This document shows positions 1 to 9,877 of a stretch of 64,000 bases of DNA, piece after piece. A program made the translations under genes and the position numbers. Origin of the DNA: Candidatus Woesearchaeota archaeon. Lineage in GTDB: Archaea; Nanobdellota; Nanobdellia; Woesearchaeales; UBA10216. Positions within the stretch are counted from its first letter, which is position 1; each line of letters starts with the position of its first letter. The stretch lies in NCBI GenBank assembly GCA_016184345.1, contig JACPCV010000004.1, positions 54,453-118,452 of the forward strand, read 5' to 3'. The notes beneath the pieces are model-generated. The model ran no database searches. It was not told where the DNA came from and was given only the letters and a program-made list of their open reading frames with translations.

Positions 1-577
1 ACGACGCAGCATAGATATGCTCGGGGCAAAGATTATTGGCCTGCGGTGATGTTTCGCAAGCCTGACCAACTTCAGGAACAATGAAAAATTTTTATCTGAA
101 ACAAGCGAAGTGACAAAAACGTGCCTTGAGCCCTTCACCAAATCCTCTGTCAAGTGCTGAGGGCCCAGGCTGTCGTTTGCACCCCTGTAAACAAGCACAG
201 ACTTCTCGCCTGAAGGAGAAGTGATGTTAAGGCCAACGCCGGTCCTTAATGCCTTATCGGTAACGACGTGGCTGGAATCGACTTTATTGGCTTCCAGGTC
301 TTTCAGGACCATGCTGCCGAGGTAGTCATTGCCTACAGAGCTTAGAAGCGCAGTTTCGGAGCCGAGGCGCTGCATTGCAACAGCAGAGTTTGCAGCGCTT
401 CCGCCAGGAAAAAGGTCAAGACCCTCAAGATCTGTCTTAGAGCCAAACGCGATGCAAACCAGATGCTCAGCCAGTTTACCTTCATGACCTGCGATATCAA
501 TCCGCTCAGTGTGGCCGGTTCTGGCAAACAGGTCAATAGTGGAACTTCCGACAACAAGGAAATCGTATTTTGCCATG
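1..577 (-). CDS. PfkB/ribokinase-family sugar kinase; N-terminal part only, the gene runs off the window start
   Basis: Reverse-strand translation from the ATG at 575-577 gives MAKYDFLVVGSSTIDLF...GGSAANSAVAMQRLG, the N-terminal GG/anion-hole region of PfkB carbohydrate kinases. There is no stop within the window. Confidence 0.65.
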
Positions 578-588
578 ACAGACCAGAA

Positions 589-1290
589 TCAGAACTGGCT
601 TAGCTTGCCAATGGCATAAGTGGCTGCTGCCGCAACCACTCCGATAAGCATCATCTCAAAGCCGCTTATGAACCAGTTCTTCCTTGTGACGTAAGTCCTC
701 GCAGCACCGGCAGCAAATAGGGAAACAAGCGTGATTGCCACAGCCGCAACAACGCCGCTTTGCGCAGTCACAAACGGGAACAGGAACGGGATTATGGGCA
801 GAATGCCCCCGGCTACGGAAGCGAGCCCTATGATCGCTCCAACAACCACAGGCTTGTCAGGCTCCTTCGGAAAGCCAAACTCCTCAGCCCTCATAGTCTC
901 AAGCCAGCGCTCCTTGTCAGACGTTATTATCTTCACTATGGAGCCAAGCTCCCTGCCCCTAAAGCCCTTGGCAGCGTAAAACTCCCTGACCTCCTTCCTT
1001 TCCCATTCCGGAAACTTTTCAAGATGCTCCCTTTCCTTCCTGAGCTCCTGCTCATAAAACTCGTTCTGGCTTTTGGTTGAAAGGTAGCCACCAAGTGTCA
1101 TCGAGATTGTCTCGCCAAGAAGAGCGGCTGCTGCGGAAAGCAGGATGATGCCCTTGCTGCCCAGAACGCTCACGCCTGCTATGACGCCAATAACCGTGAC
1201 TATGCCATCCTGGATGCCGAAAACAACCTCCCTGATGAGCTTGCCCTCCTTGGAGTGCTCCTCCTGCGCCTCAGGCCTTGGAATTTTCAT
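589..1290 (-). CDS. VIT1/CCC1-family Fe/Mn transporter
   Basis: 233 aa with an N-terminal ferritin-like cytoplasmic segment and the DGIVTVIGVIAGV motif; C-terminal TM helices typical of vacuolar iron transporter family proteins. Confidence 0.75.
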   Translation of the reverse strand: MKIPRPEAQEEHSKEGKLIREVVFGIQDGIVTVIGVIAGVSVLGSKGIILLSAAAALLGETISMTLGGYLSTKSQNEFYEQELRKEREHLEKFPEWERKEVREFYAAKGFRGRELGSIVKIITSDKERWLETMRAEEFGFPKEPDKPVVVGAIIGLASVAGGILPIIPFLFPFVTAQSGVVAAVAITLVSLFAAGAARTYVTRKNWFISGFEMMLIGVVAAAATYAIGKLSQF

Positions 1291-1449
1291 TTTGACAGCG
1301 CAGCTTTTGCAGCTGATGCTTTTAAACCTTCGCGTTTAGAGCACTGCAAGGTTGGCGTTGCAAAGGACGCATGGCAAACGTAAGAGTGGCAAGGCAGAAC
1401 TAACAAAAGTTTTAAATATGTGTTTAAATTGTGTGTTATATGTGGCTAT

Positions 1450-1462
1450 CTATATATAAAAA
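1450..1462 (+). promoter_or_regulatory. TATA box (ctatatataaaaa) for the RM-island regulator gene
   Basis: AT box about 25 nt upstream of the ATG at 1481, archaeal leaderless geometry. Alternatively a GGAGAGG RBS serves an ATG at 1493. Confidence 0.4.
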
Positions 1463-1480
1463 GGTGCATAACTACGAGGC

Positions 1481-1747
1481 ATGGAGAGGCAAATGATAAA
1501 AGGAATTAGCATTATTAAAAATTCGGAATATAGAAAGAAAATACTTTTAAGCTTAGTTGATGTTAATTATTTAACGCCTTCTGAAATATCAGAAAAAACG
1601 AAACTTCGCCTTAATCATGTCAGTAACTTTTTAAAAGACTTGAGAGATAATGAACTCATCATATGCCTAAACGATGATGAAAAGAGAGGGCGACTTTACC
1701 AAATAACCGGACTCGGTAAAAAAGTGGCAAAAGAAAATGGAAACTAA
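1481..1747 (+). CDS. Small winged-helix transcriptional regulator (controller-like) at the head of the methyltransferase operon
   Basis: 88 aa, helix-turn-helix-like core (LTPSEISEKTKLRLNHVSNFLKDL). Overlaps the methyltransferase start by 11 nt. AT-rich codon usage like the rest of the island. Confidence 0.45.
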   Translation: MERQMIKGISIIKNSEYRKKILLSLVDVNYLTPSEISEKTKLRLNHVSNFLKDLRDNELIICLNDDEKRGRLYQITGLGKKVAKENGN

Positions 1748-2558
1748 AATAAACCGGATAATTCCGGGTGACTGTTTGGAAACAATAAGGAATCTTCCGA
1801 ACGAATCGGTAGATTTGATAGTTACAGATCCACCATTTAACATAGGGAAAAAATATAACTCTTATAAAGACAAGATGAAAAAAGAGGAATATATTAGATG
1901 GTGTGAGAACTGGCTTACAGAATGTATAAGAATTTTAAAACCTCACGGAAGTTTATATTTATTTAATTACCCTGAGAATAATGCTTATCTAATGCCGTTT
2001 TTAGACAAAAATATGGTTTTTAAAAGATGGATGACTTGGCATTACCCAACAAATACAGGAATGTCACCAACAAATTATACAAGGTCACAACACAGTATTT
2101 TATTTTACACTAAAACAGAAAAAGCAAGGTGGAATAAGAATCATATAGCCGAGCCGTATCGTAATCCGACAGATAAACGGATACTAGAGAGAATAAAAAA
2201 CGGAAGCAATGGCAAAACCCCTTATGACGTATTTCATTATAACATTGTTAAAAATGTAAATAGAGACAAAACAGAGCACGTTTGTCAGCTTCCGATTGAA
2301 CTTGTTGAAACATTCATCAAAGCGAGTAGTAATGCGGGAGATCTAGTTTTTGATCCTTTTATGGGTTCTGGAACTGTAGCTGTTGCCTCAAAAAAATTGG
2401 ACAGGAATTATTTAGGTTGTGAAATTGATAAATACTATTGTAAAATCATAAATGAAAGATTAGCAGAAGTAGAAAAGCCATTGCACAATTTCATAGTTGA
2501 AGACGCAAAAAAGGAGCATAAACCTGCAAGAGTTGAAGCGATAACTTCTTTTTTATAA
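1737..2558 (+). CDS. DNA amino-methyltransferase, beta class (N6-adenine or N4-cytosine)
   Basis: Motif IV TDPPFN near the N-terminus and motif I FDPFMGSGT near the C-terminus. 273 aa. Confidence 0.85.
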   Translation: METKINRIIPGDCLETIRNLPNESVDLIVTDPPFNIGKKYNSYKDKMKKEEYIRWCENWLTECIRILKPHGSLYLFNYPENNAYLMPFLDKNMVFKRWMTWHYPTNTGMSPTNYTRSQHSILFYTKTEKARWNKNHIAEPYRNPTDKRILERIKNGSNGKTPYDVFHYNIVKNVNRDKTEHVCQLPIELVETFIKASSNAGDLVFDPFMGSGTVAVASKKLDRNYLGCEIDKYYCKIINERLAEVEKPLHNFIVEDAKKEHKPARVEAITSFL

Positions 2559-3113
2559 AACTACTTTTTGTCTTTTTAGCTTAATTGTGCCTCTGCATGT
2601 TCTTATAAATCCGCCAAAGAATACAAGTTTATCTTTTTTGTCATAAATTGTTTTAGCAGATAAAGATGGCCCATAAAAATTATTTTGAATGTTTGATTTC
2701 CAATTTTCTTTTTCAAGATGAACTAAACAGCAAAAGAATTCGTCAAAATTTCCACCCCACGAGACCATAAGGTAATCAAATGGTCTTTTGCTAAATTCTC
2801 CACCTGTCCAGCTGTTATCTGTGGAAGTCATTTTTATCTCCATAGGAACATTAATTTTTGTGAAGGTAAGGTCTGGATCTCTATCTGCTGATGCTCTTTT
2901 GACTTCGTAACCTAATTTTTTGCTAAAAGTATCGGCGCAGGCTTTTTCCATTATTTTACCAATCAATTCAGAAATATTTTTTCTGCTTAAACCCAAATCT
3001 CCATACTCATGGTTAAATTTCTTCATCCTTAAAACTACAATTTTAAGAGACTCAAAAAGTGTCTTTTTTGTTAAGCCAAATTTTTGCAAATCAGCATTTA
3101 CTTTCTTTGCCAT
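2553..3113 (-). CDS. Putative type II restriction endonuclease (PD-(D/E)xK)
   Basis: 186 aa, convergent with and overlapping the 3' end of the methyltransferase by 6 nt. Contains RDPDLTFTKINVPMEIKM, a PD...ExK catalytic signature. Confidence 0.5.
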   Translation of the reverse strand: MAKKVNADLQKFGLTKKTLFESLKIVVLRMKKFNHEYGDLGLSRKNISELIGKIMEKACADTFSKKLGYEVKRASADRDPDLTFTKINVPMEIKMTSTDNSWTGGEFSKRPFDYLMVSWGGNFDEFFCCLVHLEKENWKSNIQNNFYGPSLSAKTIYDKKDKLVFFGGFIRTCRGTIKLKRQKVVL

Positions 3114-3363
3114 TACCTGATAAAATCGCGTACACCTTAAATATAATTAACACAAACTAGACACCAACTAATAATACAACCCCTGTTGTCTTATCCGTCT
3201 TTTTCATGCTTGAACAAGACATAAATTACCATTTCGGGAACGTGCAGCCACCCAGAGCTTACCTTATGGGCTATATCAGAATGGTTCAGTTAAATGCTGA
3301 AGAGATAGACAAGCTGTTGTGGAGTTCCACCCGCCATCCGCCACGAACAATTTATAGAAATCG

Positions 3364-4239
3364 TCAATAATTTCTAATAACAACTTCGTTTATCACTCCT
3401 CTTTTGGCGCCGATGCAATTAATGGCTCTCCTCGCTTTAACCGTTACGATATTGAAATCCGAGTATAATTCTCTTATGAAAGGCGTATCACTGTTGCTTA
3501 ACATTAGCAAGCAATGTTTCTTATCCAGCTCTTTAAATTCCTTAGCTAACTGCCTCTGTTCATTTTCTAAAAAAGCGCCTTTTTGGTAAGATGTGAAGCT
3601 GGCAGTTTTTGTCAATGGGAAATATGGCGGATCCATATAAACAAAATCGTCCTCTTCTGCTTTTTTTACAGCTTCAGTGAAATCGGAAACCGATAGCTCA
3701 GCATTCTGCAAAAACTTTGAAGCCATCCTTAGTTTAACTTCTTGAAGTATAGCAGGTTTCTTATATTTACCAAAAGGAACGTTAAACTTGCCTTCCGAAT
3801 TTACCCTGTAAAGCCCGTTAAAGCACGTTTTGTTCAAGTAAATGAAAATTGCTGCTTTCTCCAGCCCATGTTTCATGGTGTTAAACTTTTGTCTTTGCTC
3901 ATTAAAATACGCTTTATTGTTATCCTTATCCCTATGTTCCCTCAATAGAGGGATGAGTTCATCTACATTATCTCTTACTGATTTGAACGTATTAATCAAA
4001 TCTTCGTTAATGTCAAATAGAAAACTTTGCGACGGGTTAAACTTCTGTTTCACGTTAAAGAATACGGCTCCGCTGCCTAAGAATATCTCCAAAAAATGGT
4101 TGAACTTTTGAGGGTAAAGCTCCGAGAATTGCCTTAATAGTTGGGTTTTCCCGCCTGCCCATTTAATGAATGCTGGATTGGCTATTTGCATCTGTTCTAA
4201 TATCTGAAAATTGCCTTTAAATGTGTTTTGAAACTCCAT
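3364..4239 (-). CDS. Dam-like N6-adenine DNA methyltransferase (alpha class, D12 family)
   Basis: N-terminal motif I FLEIFLGSGAV followed by DPPY (FVYMDPPYF). 291 aa. Similar to the Dam/DpnM family. Confidence 0.85.
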   Translation of the reverse strand: MEFQNTFKGNFQILEQMQIANPAFIKWAGGKTQLLRQFSELYPQKFNHFLEIFLGSGAVFFNVKQKFNPSQSFLFDINEDLINTFKSVRDNVDELIPLLREHRDKDNNKAYFNEQRQKFNTMKHGLEKAAIFIYLNKTCFNGLYRVNSEGKFNVPFGKYKKPAILQEVKLRMASKFLQNAELSVSDFTEAVKKAEEDDFVYMDPPYFPLTKTASFTSYQKGAFLENEQRQLAKEFKELDKKHCLLMLSNSDTPFIRELYSDFNIVTVKARRAINCIGAKRGVINEVVIRNY

Positions 4240-4327
4240 CGCACATCAACAGCGGTTTCTTATTTAAATAGCTTGCGCGGACAATTGTCCAGTGTCCAGT
4301 GGTTCTTGCCTTGATTAGAGCTGTTAA

Positions 4328-5089
4328 CTATTTATCTACACTTCTTTTACGGGCTTTCAGCAGCATGTAGCCCCCAACAACAGCCATCGGGATGCTCCAG
4401 AACTGGCCCCAGGTCAGGCCAAAGGCGTAATCAGGAACGACCTTGGCAAATTCAAGGAAAAACCGGATGCTGCCGTAGAGGAAGATGAACGCCCAGAAAA
4501 GGGAGCCCGTTGGCAATTTCTTATTCCGCAGCTGCCAGAGAACTGCAAAAATTGCAAAATTCTTTATGGCCTCGTAAATCTGGACAGGGTGCCTGAACTC
4601 AGGAATATTGCCAAACTTCACGCCCCAGGGCAATGAAGTGGGCGTGCCGTAAAACTCGCCGTTGAGGAAGTTTGCAATCCTGCCAAAAGCAAGCGCAAGC
4701 GCAGCAGGAATTACGGCAATATCTGCAATGTCGTAAAAGCTGATTTTTTTCTTTTTCGCGAAAAAATAGCCTGCTGCCACCAAACCAATGAGGCCACCGT
4801 GGAAAGCCATCCCGCCGTTCCAGACAGCAAAAATCTGGAGAGGGAAGCTGCTGTAGTATCCCCATGACGATATAACATGGCCAAGCCGCGCGCCAACAAG
4901 GACGGCAAACGTGGCAATAATCAGCAGTTCGTCGTAATCGCTCCTGCTGAGAGGGAGCTGCCGCTTTTTCGCAAGGTGCCTTATGATAAAGAACGAAACG
5001 AGAATGCCGAGGGCAAATATCAGGCCGTAGTACCTGACAGCGAAAGGGCCTATCTCGACAAGGACGGGGTCAATGTTGTAGTAAAACAT
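4328..5089 (-). CDS. lgt: Prolipoprotein diacylglyceryl transferase homolog
   Basis: 253 aa polytopic membrane protein with the Lgt signature FGRIANFLNGEFYG (G-R-x-x-N-F-x-N-x-E). Confidence 0.75.
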   Translation of the reverse strand: MFYYNIDPVLVEIGPFAVRYYGLIFALGILVSFFIIRHLAKKRQLPLSRSDYDELLIIATFAVLVGARLGHVISSWGYYSSFPLQIFAVWNGGMAFHGGLIGLVAAGYFFAKKKKISFYDIADIAVIPAALALAFGRIANFLNGEFYGTPTSLPWGVKFGNIPEFRHPVQIYEAIKNFAIFAVLWQLRNKKLPTGSLFWAFIFLYGSIRFFLEFAKVVPDYAFGLTWGQFWSIPMAVVGGYMLLKARKRSVDK

Positions 5090-5127
5090 GCTGCAAGAGG
5101 AAAAACACTGCTATTTATTGTTTTCCG

Positions 5128-5319
5128 CTACTTTCCGCCTGACTGGATTATGTCCAGAATCTCCTTGGCTGTAAAAAAAAGCCCAACAGCCGCTACTGCG
5201 GCAGCCCCCAGGCCGTGGCCGCCAAAGCCCCTGTACGCCAGAAATGCGCCAAGAAGTATTCCAAAGACGCTCAGCAACATATAAAATCCCGCCATTAACT
5301 TACCACCTCCAACCGCCAA
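5128..5319 (-). CDS. Small hydrophobic protein (2 TM), hypothetical
   Basis: 63-aa ORF, Gly/Ala-rich TM segments. Weak support. Confidence 0.25.
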   Translation of the reverse strand: MAVGGGKLMAGFYMLLSVFGILLGAFLAYRGFGGHGLGAAAVAAVGLFFTAKEILDIIQSGGK

Positions 5320-5420
5320 AAAACCAATAAAACGCCACTAACATTCAACACCACTAACATTCACTATCGTGAAGAATGCTGATGCCACTATTATTTAAAG
5401 TTTATTGAACCGAGCAGGCA

Positions 5421-6293
5421 CTAAACTCTCACAGTGCCGGAGAAAACCGACTCTGCGGGCCCGGTCATGTATACATGGTTATCCCTCGCCCACTCAACCA
5501 CCAGGTCCCCGCCCCTGAGGTGCACCTTAACCTTCCTGCCTGTCTTCCCGTTAAGGGAGGAAGCGACAACAGACGCGCATGCACCTGTCCCGCAAGCCAG
5601 GGTCTCGCCAACCCCCCTTTCCCAAACCAGAAGCTCAACCTCTTTCCTGTTCAGGACCCGGACAAACTCGGCATTTGCCCTCCTCGGAAACACAGGGTGG
5701 TTCTCAACCTCCTTCCCAATCTCCTCAATGTCAAAATCAGTGTCATCAACAAAAGTGACCGCATGCGGGTTGCCCATTGAAACAGCCGTTATCCTGATTT
5801 TCTTGTACTTAAGCTGCAGCGGCTCATCAATTGCCTTTGCTGCTGCGCTGCCGTTCATGGGAATCTCCTTTCTCAGGAGCTGGGGAACGCCCATGTCAAC
5901 CCTGAACATGCCATCAGCAGCAACTATTTTTTTGATTCCGGATAAAGTGCCAATCTTCAATTCCTTCCTTGTGCTGTAGCCATTGTCAATGATAAGCTTG
6001 GCAATGCACCTTATGCCGTTGCCGCACATCTCGGCTTCCGAGCCGTCAGCGTTAACAAGCCGCATCACACCGTCTAATGCCTTATCACTTGAAGGCAGCG
6101 CCATGAGGACGCCATCCGCCCCTATCCCAAAATGCCGGTCACACACGCTTTTTGCAAACGACTTCAGCCCTGGCTCGGACATCGCCCCAAAAACCCTTCT
6201 GTTGGCACTGCCAAAAAGGTCCAGAACAACAAAATCGTTCCCAAGGCCGTGCATTTTCACAAACTTCAGTACATTTGGCATTTTACACCCCAT
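5421..6293 (-). CDS. dapF: Diaminopimelate epimerase
   Basis: 290 aa with the catalytic cysteine motifs (EMCGNGIRC and ETLACGTGACA). Last gene of the lysine operon. Confidence 0.85.
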   Translation of the reverse strand: MGCKMPNVLKFVKMHGLGNDFVVLDLFGSANRRVFGAMSEPGLKSFAKSVCDRHFGIGADGVLMALPSSDKALDGVMRLVNADGSEAEMCGNGIRCIAKLIIDNGYSTRKELKIGTLSGIKKIVAADGMFRVDMGVPQLLRKEIPMNGSAAAKAIDEPLQLKYKKIRITAVSMGNPHAVTFVDDTDFDIEEIGKEVENHPVFPRRANAEFVRVLNRKEVELLVWERGVGETLACGTGACASVVASSLNGKTGRKVKVHLRGGDLVVEWARDNHVYMTGPAESVFSGTVRV

Positions 6294-7545
6294 AAATCAC
6301 GTGAGCCATGCTTTCACGTTCCCTTATAACCCTCGCCTTCCCATTGCTGACAAGCACTTCAGCAGGCCTGGGCCTCGTGTTGTACGTTGACGCCATTGAG
6401 AAGCCGTAAGCCCCAGCGACAAGTATGGCCAGCACGTCGCCTTCCTTGATTTTAGGCAGCTTCCTGTCTGCAATGCCACTTTCATTCCGCGTAAAAACAT
6501 CACCCGACTCGCAAATATTGCCGCACACAGCAATTTTTTCTTTTTTATTGCTCTCACAAGTTTCAACAGCCAGTATCGGGTGGTAGCTGCCGTAAGCCAT
6601 CGGCCGTATGAGATGGTTGAAACCAGTGTCCACTCCTACAAACTTGTGCTTTGGCGTTTGCTTAATCGTGTTCACGGTGCAAAGGAGAACACCGGATTCT
6701 GCAACAAGAAACCTTCCAGGCTCTATCACCATTGCCAGCTGCCTGCCAAAGCTGCTGCAAAAATCCGAAAAGAGCTTGCTGACAGCAGAGCCAAAGACAT
6801 TCATGTCAATCGGCTTCTGGTCAAGCTTATACGGCACCCCAATGCCACCGCCGAAGTCAACAAACTCCAAATCGCCAAGCTTCTCCCTGTTTTTGCTGAT
6901 AATTGCAAGCAGCACCTTCATTGCGTCCAGGAACTTGCCAGTCTCAAGGATGCCTGAGCCGATGTGCTCATGGATGCCAATAATTTTCAGGTTGTGTTTT
7001 GCCGCTATTTCAAACGCCTTCCCAATCTCACCAGCCCAGATGCCGAACTTGCTGTCAGGGCCGCCAGTAATGACATGGCTGTGGTGCCCTGCGCCAACAT
7101 CAGGATTAACCCTGAAGCAGACCTTTGAGCTGGGGTTGAGCTTGCCGTAGCGCTCAAGCTGCGACAAAGAGTCACAGTTGACAAGGACTTTTTTGGCAAC
7201 TGCAAACCTCATTTCCTCATCCGTAACAGAGGTTGACGTGAAGATTATCTGCTCAGGCCTGAAGCCCGCCTTCAGGGCCATTTCAATCTCGCCAGGAGAA
7301 ACTGCGTCAATGCCAACAAACTCCCCGCCTTCGTCCTTAATAACTTTCAGGATTGCAAGGTTGGTGTTTGCCTTTGCCGCATAATAAAGTTTCAGCGGCC
7401 TGCAAGGGATATTCTGAAGCAGAGCCCTGACCTTTGAGCGTATAGTTTCCTCATCGTAAACGTACAGGGGAGTGCCGAACTGCCTTGCCAAACCAGAAGC
7501 TGCGACCTCGCCAACAAAGAGCCTGTTGCCCTTTACTGAAATCAT
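6283..7545 (-). CDS. lysA: Diaminopimelate decarboxylase
   Basis: 420 aa, PLP fold-III decarboxylase (YAAKANTNLAILK lysine-PLP motif, GGGIGVPY, CGNICESGD). Confidence 0.9.
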   Translation of the reverse strand: MISVKGNRLFVGEVAASGLARQFGTPLYVYDEETIRSKVRALLQNIPCRPLKLYYAAKANTNLAILKVIKDEGGEFVGIDAVSPGEIEMALKAGFRPEQIIFTSTSVTDEEMRFAVAKKVLVNCDSLSQLERYGKLNPSSKVCFRVNPDVGAGHHSHVITGGPDSKFGIWAGEIGKAFEIAAKHNLKIIGIHEHIGSGILETGKFLDAMKVLLAIISKNREKLGDLEFVDFGGGIGVPYKLDQKPIDMNVFGSAVSKLFSDFCSSFGRQLAMVIEPGRFLVAESGVLLCTVNTIKQTPKHKFVGVDTGFNHLIRPMAYGSYHPILAVETCESNKKEKIAVCGNICESGDVFTRNESGIADRKLPKIKEGDVLAILVAGAYGFSMASTYNTRPRPAEVLVSNGKARVIRERESMAHVIYGV

Positions 7546-8717
7546 TTCCCCATCGCCTTCCTTATCCTGTCCATTGCCTCTGCAAGCCCTGCATCAGGAA
7601 CTGTCAGCGAGATGCGAATGTAGCCCTCGCCGTAGCTGCCGTAAGCAGCCCCGGGAGTAACTACAACACCGGCTTTCTCAAGCATGAGCGTGGCAAAGCC
7701 GGCAGAGGAATACCCCTCCGGAACACGGCACCACATGTAGAATGCGGCTTTTGGCTTTGCAGCCTTGACTCCAACAGCTGTTAATGTATCATAAACAAGG
7801 TCACGCCGCTTCTGATAGATGCTGTTGAGCTTCTCTATGTCCGAGTCAGGGGTATCAAGAAGCGCGGTTATGGCAGCATACTGCACAGCATTGAAAACTC
7901 CCGAGTCAACGTTGTTCTTCACAGTAGCCATTGCGGAGATTATCTCAGGATTGCCGACAGCCATGCCAATGCGCCAGCCGGTCATGTTGTAGGGCTTTGA
8001 AAGCGAATTGAACTCAACACCAACCTCCTTGGCGCCGGGCACTTCAAGGAAGCTCAACGGCCTGTAGCCGTCAAAGGCAATCTCGCTGTAAGGGTTGTCA
8101 GAGCAGACGATTATGCCCTTATCCTTTGCAAAGTCAACAACTTCCTTATAGAACTCCCTGCTGGCAACAGCGCCAGTTGGATTGTTTGGGTAATTCAGGT
8201 AAAGTATCCTGGCGTTCCTGCATGCGGCCCTGGACAAACCGCTAAGATCCGGCAGAAAACTGTTCGCTTCAAGAAGCGGAAGGTCACAAACCCTGCCATT
8301 TGCCAAAAGCGTAGCAGTCCTGTATGGGGTGTAACAGGGGTTGGGCACAAACGCGCAGTCACCTGGGTTAATGAACGCGAGCGAGAGGTGCAGGCTGCCC
8401 TCCTTTGAGCCGATAAGCGCAAGGACCTCACTCACAGGGTCAAGGCTGACATTGTGCCTTCTCTTGTACCACGCTGCAACAGCCTCCCTAAAGGAGTAAA
8501 GGCCCTCATAGTCAGGATACTGGTGGTTTTTGGGATCGTTAGCAGCCTTCTCAAGCTCAGCAATGATGTGCTTCGGAGTTGGCAGGTCAGGGTCGCCAAC
8601 AGCCAGGCTGATGACATCAACGCCGGATTTCTTAGCCTTGTCAATCTTCTTGTTAATCTCCGCAAACAGGTAAGGCGGAATCTGCTGCAATCTTCCTGAA
8701 CGGGCGAATTTTGTCAT
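7542..8717 (-). CDS. dapL: LL-diaminopimelate aminotransferase
   Basis: 391 aa class-I aminotransferase with IPPYLFAEIN at the N-terminus and SLSKPYNMTGWR (PLP-lysine). Sits between asd and lysA. Confidence 0.8.
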   Translation of the reverse strand: MTKFARSGRLQQIPPYLFAEINKKIDKAKKSGVDVISLAVGDPDLPTPKHIIAELEKAANDPKNHQYPDYEGLYSFREAVAAWYKRRHNVSLDPVSEVLALIGSKEGSLHLSLAFINPGDCAFVPNPCYTPYRTATLLANGRVCDLPLLEANSFLPDLSGLSRAACRNARILYLNYPNNPTGAVASREFYKEVVDFAKDKGIIVCSDNPYSEIAFDGYRPLSFLEVPGAKEVGVEFNSLSKPYNMTGWRIGMAVGNPEIISAMATVKNNVDSGVFNAVQYAAITALLDTPDSDIEKLNSIYQKRRDLVYDTLTAVGVKAAKPKAAFYMWCRVPEGYSSAGFATLMLEKAGVVVTPGAAYGSYGEGYIRISLTVPDAGLAEAMDRIRKAMGK

Positions 8718-8750
8718 TTTACTTGCAAGCCCCCAAACGCAGAAGCCATC

Positions 8751-9803
8751 TTAGCCAATCAGCCCCCTTGCTTTCATGAGCTCTGCGTTGAGGATGGCCG
8801 CGCCAGCAGCGCCCCTGATGGTGTTGTGGCCCAGCACAACGAACCTGTAATCAAGGACAGGGCACGACCTGATTCTGCCGACAACAGATGCCATTCCTTT
8901 TTCTAAGTTGCGGTCCAGCTTCGGCTGGGGCCTGTCAGCTTCCTTCCTGACAACTATAGGATGCTGCGGGGATGACGGAAGCTTCAGCTGCCTCAGCGGG
9001 TTAAAATTCTCAAAGGCGCCAATAATTTCCTTTTCAGTTGCAGATTTTGACAGCTTGACAGAAACGCATTCCGTATGGCCGTCAGAAACATTAACGCGGT
9101 TGCACTGCGCGCTTACGGCAACCTTTGCGCTTTCCACGCCATTGCTGCCGAATTTGCCGAGAAGCTTCAAGGTTTCTGACTGCACCTTTTCCTCCTCCAT
9201 TCCGATGTAAGGGTAAATGTTGTCAATGATGTCAAGGGAAGCTACTCCAGGGAAGCCTGCACCGCTCAGGGCCTGCATCGTGGTAACCATGACCTTCTCC
9301 AGGCCGAACCCGTCCATCAACGGCTTCAGGGCGAGGACCATGTGAATAGTGCTGCAGTTCGGATTGGTGACTATGAATCCCTTCCATCCCCTCAGCTTCT
9401 GCTGGGTTTTAACAAGGCCGAGGTGCTCAGGATTAACCTCCGGAATCAGGAGCGGAACGTCAGAATCCATTCTGTGATTCCTTGAGTTGCTGCTTACAAC
9501 ATAGCCCGCTTTTGCGAATTCCTCTTCGATAGGACCTGCTACAGCAGCATCAAGCGCGGAAAAAACAATGCTGCAGTTGAGGGTTGGCTTGCACTCCCTG
9601 AGCTTCATTCTCCTGGCGTATTCCGGAACATCTGCAGAAACCTTCCACCTTCCTGCCATGGCTTCCTCATACGCCTTGCCAGCAGATTCAGGCGAGGCAG
9701 CCAGCTCTGCAACCTCAAACCACGGATGGCTTTCAAGCAGCTGCACAAAGCGCTGCCCAACCATGCCTGTTGCTCCCAGAATGCCAACCTTGATTTTTTG
9801 CAT
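8751..9803 (-). CDS. asd: Aspartate-semialdehyde dehydrogenase
   Basis: 350 aa, GATGMVGQ Rossmann motif and the active-site region NPNCSTI. Confidence 0.9.
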   Translation of the reverse strand: MQKIKVGILGATGMVGQRFVQLLESHPWFEVAELAASPESAGKAYEEAMAGRWKVSADVPEYARRMKLRECKPTLNCSIVFSALDAAVAGPIEEEFAKAGYVVSSNSRNHRMDSDVPLLIPEVNPEHLGLVKTQQKLRGWKGFIVTNPNCSTIHMVLALKPLMDGFGLEKVMVTTMQALSGAGFPGVASLDIIDNIYPYIGMEEEKVQSETLKLLGKFGSNGVESAKVAVSAQCNRVNVSDGHTECVSVKLSKSATEKEIIGAFENFNPLRQLKLPSSPQHPIVVRKEADRPQPKLDRNLEKGMASVVGRIRSCPVLDYRFVVLGHNTIRGAAGAAILNAELMKARGLIG

Positions 9804-9877
9804 GCAAAAATCCCCCGGACTAATGAAGCTGCGGCTATACGGGTAATATTAAAAGTTATCGCTATAATCCCGACAGC

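Noticed and set aside
731-1080. Two overlapping plus-strand ORFs inside the VIT1/CCC1 transporter gene
   Set aside because: Antisense to a gene with strong family motifs, and no promoter or RBS.
5434-6390. Several plus-strand ORFs (101-181 aa) antisense to dapF and lysA
   Set aside because: They lie within well-supported operon genes. Their composition (Pro/Ser/Arg-rich) is typical of GC-rich antisense frames.
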